A stretch of DNA of 64,000 bases from Mayamaea pseudoterrestris (Eukaryota). Position 1 is the stretch's first letter. Each line of letters starts with the position of its first letter. Both the position numbers and the translations under genes were made by a program. The DNA lies in the NCBI GenBank assembly GCA_027923505.1, contig BROI01000016.1:434001-498000 (forward strand), in the 5' to 3' direction. Of the stretch, positions 60,170 to 64,000 are shown piece by piece. Under the pieces are notes generated by a model, which did no database searches, was not told the DNA's origin, and saw only the letters and a program-made list of their open reading frames with translations.

Positions 60170-61525
60170 TTACCATCGTTCGCCTCGTGGCATGTCTAAA
60201 TCGTCGTCGTCCAGACGCATGTCATTTCGTCCCTCGTTCCGCCGGCGATGATCATCGCTTCCAGCAGCAGCAGGTCTTCTTTCATTACTTCGTCTCCTAC
60301 TATCGTCATCCTCGCCAATATCATTGTTGCTGCTAGCCGATCGATTCTCTATGGCGTTCGACACTTGCCTGTAGACTAAGTTAAACGCCGCCACGATGCG
60401 ACGCCGCACTCCATGCTGTCGATCCAGAATCAGTAGCTTGTCCAACACCTTGCCGGCCACGACACCCAGCTTGCTCGTTAGATGCAGCTTGTCATTCACT
60501 TGGATCATTTCTCTTGACAGCGCTACAACGCGGGCGCCCATGCAGCGGCTCAAGTCGCCGCGCGCCGAGTCGAGCGTCGTGGATACACCCAGCAAACCGG
60601 CTCCCAGCAAGGCACCCATCCAGGTGGGAAGGAGCGGCAGGCTGCCACCGCAAACGGCGCCGACGAAGCACATGGCAATCAGCGTGTAGAGGGAATTGTA
60701 GTTCATGGCTGCGTCGTAGTCGTCCATTGCAACGTCATTATGATTCAATCTCATGTCGTCATGTATGATTCTCACTGGAAACCCCACGCGCGGCTGCATC
60801 TGGAGACTCGCTTTCAAGTGCGGCATGGTCGGATGCAATCTTCGCACACGCTTGGTGCGACGGAGCGTCAGCAGCAGCGCCAGTCCCAGCGCGCGCACCA
60901 ATTCGCCGTAGCTGTTGCGCAACCAAGATGCCAGTAGAAACAAGCATGACAGCGTCGTCACCAAGACGACATTGGACTTTTGGAGCAGCGAGTGGCTCAA
61001 TGCTTGCCCTAATCCAGCGCCAACGAGTAGACAAGCAGCTGCCAGCGTCAATCGTCCGGTGCGTGTGGACATTTGCCGTGTGAAAGCGTCCTGCCGCGGC
61101 GAAACGTACAATGGACCGTTTCTGGAGTCGTGCAAATGAGCCATAGTTGCTTGTTCATCCATGTCGGGACGCATGGTGACTGGAAGCTCGTCGTCATGAT
61201 CGGTGGCTGCTTTGACATTCGAGGCTTCCGTCTCGCTCCGTTGCTGAAACTCGTAGTGAATCGGCGTCAGCGGACGAGGCGGCGGAGGCGGCGGCGGCGG
61301 CGGCAGTCTTGATGGATCGCCATGCTGCTCCACTGGACGCTGTTGCTCATAAACTGGCGGTCCTTGTCGTTTGTCATGAGCATTATAACGAGGAATTGAT
61401 GTTTGTCGATGGCTTTGTTCATTGCTCGTCCAGCCGATGCCAGTGGAGGAGCTGGAAGCACGCGCAGCTATTGTATACAGCGAAAGTAGCTGTAGTGATC
61501 TTCTGCATGTTCCATTTAGATGCAT
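60170..61525 (-). CDS. Signal-peptide-bearing multi-TM protein of unknown function
   Basis: 451 aa ORF with signal peptide, polyPro tract, two pairs of hydrophobic helices and a charged tail. Confidence 0.7.
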   Translation of the reverse strand: MHLNGTCRRSLQLLSLYTIAARASSSSTGIGWTSNEQSHRQTSIPRYNAHDKRQGPPVYEQQRPVEQHGDPSRLPPPPPPPPPRPLTPIHYEFQQRSETEASNVKAATDHDDELPVTMRPDMDEQATMAHLHDSRNGPLYVSPRQDAFTRQMSTRTGRLTLAAACLLVGAGLGQALSHSLLQKSNVVLVTTLSCLFLLASWLRNSYGELVRALGLALLLTLRRTKRVRRLHPTMPHLKASLQMQPRVGFPVRIIHDDMRLNHNDVAMDDYDAAMNYNSLYTLIAMCFVGAVCGGSLPLLPTWMGALLGAGLLGVSTTLDSARGDLSRCMGARVVALSREMIQVNDKLHLTSKLGVVAGKVLDKLLILDRQHGVRRRIVAAFNLVYRQVSNAIENRSASSNNDIGEDDDSRRRSNERRPAAAGSDDHRRRNEGRNDMRLDDDDLDMPRGERW

Positions 61526-61813
61526 TGTATTGTTTCGCTACGAACAACTCGGGCAGCGCGACGCGGCATCAATTTTGTCATGGTCGAGTTAACGATGGAA
61601 CCAGAAACGGCGCGGTTCCACAAACCATTACCGGTGCGATGTTCTTGTGCTTAACTTTTAACCGTAAGTCTTCGGCAGCCGCATCCGCCGACGACCGGCC
61701 TTCGAATGACTGCAATGGAGGGTTGCATACTTCCGTCAAGTATCAAGTGAATTTATATTTAAAATCAGGCTAATTTGATAGGTTAGATATAATAAATCAT
61801 TGATTGCATCATC

Positions 61814-64000
61814 ATGCCCATGACGGAGGAGGAAAAGCGTCGGCACGAGGAGTTTCGGAACCGGTGAGTTTACAAACGTTGGTGCAAGTAAATGTTCCTG
61901 TGAAAAAACATGCTGCACTAGATTCTACCAGAAGAAAGATCCATGAGTGACTACCGGTAATTTAAAAAGTGGATCAAAAATACATATTGGAGAAGGTTGA
62001 AATGATTCAGCCATATATCATGGAGCAACGAAAACGAAGCAGGAGTATTGCATCCCTCTTAGATTGCTTCAAAGATCCGACACAGTTGATGCCGTGGAGG
62101 GACCGAGCAATGAGGCCTCTTGAATTTTCGTTCAACAATTATGTGGGAAAATGCTTTACGAGAAGAAGGAACGTGTCGGCTTTCGGCATCATCTGTAGTG
62201 TTACCAAAGGATAGTCCATTCGTCGACCATTTTCACTCACTTTTTATTGCTTTCTTCCATCTCTTTTGTTACTCTTGCATCCAATCATGATAATTATTTA
62301 CTATGACAGACTCGTCGATGACGTTTTGGGCCAAGACACGAGCGACGCCGTGGCCATGGAGAAGGTGGTCATGCTCATTTGGTCCTTTCGGGATGATCCG
62401 GCGGTGGTCACATTCATGGCGCGGTTCATTGCCAAGGTTCGTCAAGAGAAGAATGTGAATATGATTATGAATGAAAAATGAGCGAGAAACAAGAAAGAAT
62501 CAAGCTGTAGCGATTGCTTTCATGCATTTGTATCCCAAGAAAAATTTCGTTTGCTGTTCACTGTTTCTCATTTATTTTCGCTCACTGCACACAGTTCTCC
62601 GGCTCACGTCACGTCTTTGACGGCATTGAATTCTACTTGCCGCAACTGGCGCACATGATTATACACTTGGAGGCAGACTGGGACGACGAAATATTGGAGC
62701 GATTCGCCTTGGTGATTGCGCAGCAGTCGGTGCACTTTTCGCTGCAACTCAACTGGATGCTCAAGGGGGCGCTCGAGGACTACCAACCCGAGTCGCCGAG
62801 CGCGCCGGGCATGTCCAACTGTAACTACAATCCGTTATACTACTCGCGCTGTCTAAAGCTGCTCAAGAACGTTGAGCGATGTGTTGTTTACGGCAAGCCG
62901 CGCGCGCAGGAGCTGCAGCGGTTGTACGAGATTGGCAAGATTACCAAGCAGGAAATTATGCTGCTGGAGCAGGCGGATCGGCGGTTCAATGCCTTGCAAA
63001 TTACCAGTGAGGAGGATGACGCGCGGCATTTTGAACGTGTCGATGGGTGGCTCTACATGGTGTTGCATGAGCCTGTCAAGCGCGGCATGGTGGTGGAGGA
63101 TGTGGCAACAAAGGATAGCAAGGACAAGGAGACGGCGAAGCAAACTGCGTCGAATGCAAAGTCGGACTACGTCTACGCCACTCTCGACAAGCATGTTCTG
63201 GAGATTAAAAAGCCAACCAGCGTGTGCAACTGCAGGGAGGAACTCAAACTAGATCGAGCAGTGGCACTGGAGCGAGCCGTCATTCAGGACGTTAAGAATC
63301 TTGGAATTCGCATCACGACGGCAAAAGGAACCGACTTGACGCTTCGTTGTTCGACGCAGGAGGAATATACGCTGTGGCTGCGTCGATTACGGGAGGAGGC
63401 GCAGGCGAGCAAACTTTTTGGTGCCAGTGGAAATCCGGCGAGTGAAAAGATTATGGACGAAGGCGCGTCACATCCGCTGTCAACGTCGTTGAAGGGAGAC
63501 TTGTCACCTGCCGAGTTGAACCGCTTCGAGTTTTTCCAGAATGAACGCAACTTTGTTGACGATTTGACGCGAATTGCGGAAGACTTGCGCTTTTGCGATC
63601 GAGCGCAACGAAAGATTGTGGCACCGTCGTTCATGGAAAAGTTAGTCATTCCGCCAAATGTTTATGTTCCGCTTTGTAATTCGTCAGACTATTGGCGACG
63701 AGCCGTGATGACTTTGCCACACGAGACTCGAGTCTTCAACACGAAGGAGCGTTGCCCTACCGTCATGCAATTTGTTGCCAAGCGGGGCGAAACGTTGGAA
63801 AATGGAGGGCGAATTGAACCGACAATTGATGTGGCAACGTACATGCACACTCATTTTGATGTCATTGCTGAAATGGACACGATAAAGGAAGTTGATAGTG
63901 GCGAAGAAAAGCAAACGGCGCCAGCGGCAGAAGAAACGACTGGAAGCGAGAAGAATGGCGGTGATCGCGAGTCGATGCACAGCCGATCAAACATTTGGCA
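61814..64000 (+). CDS. Phosphatidylinositol 4-kinase III-beta/Pik1-like, 5' part; predicted introns 61864-62309 and 62437-62594; runs off the window
   Basis: My translation from 62595 (absent from the ORF track): DGIEFYLPQLAHMII...SVHFSLQLNWML...FFQNERNFVDDLTRIAEDLR...VYVPL...ETRVFNTKERCP. Confidence 0.85.

Overview
This is gene-dense eukaryotic nuclear DNA, most likely from a pennate diatom. That inference rests on short GT-AG introns (mostly about 75-130 bp), bipartite plastid-targeting presequences and gene families typical of diatoms. I can support about 31 protein-coding loci and saw no rRNA, tRNA or CRISPR. Recognisable genes include a Yak1/DYRK kinase, a MYB-ankyrin-HDAC fusion, a cysteine-free SthA-like soluble transhydrogenase with a likely plastid presequence, TatB/Hcf106, Cbp3 with a WW domain, UCH-L, Cpn10, PI4K-beta, a CDF transporter and an Asp/Asn beta-hydroxylase. 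Many genes are cell-surface or glycan related: fasciclin, two fucosyltransferase-like paralogs, GH17, two sulfotransferase-like genes, C1GalT, subtilisin and GPI-type proteins. Non-coding structure includes a ~350 bp element bounded by inverted repeats (two tandem copies plus two dispersed end fragments), a recent ~745 bp tandem duplication, and an over-represented TACCGGTA palindrome. Two genes look disrupted: an LRR gene by a nonsense codon and the GH17 gene by a frameshift. All family calls come from recognising motifs by eye; no database searches were run.
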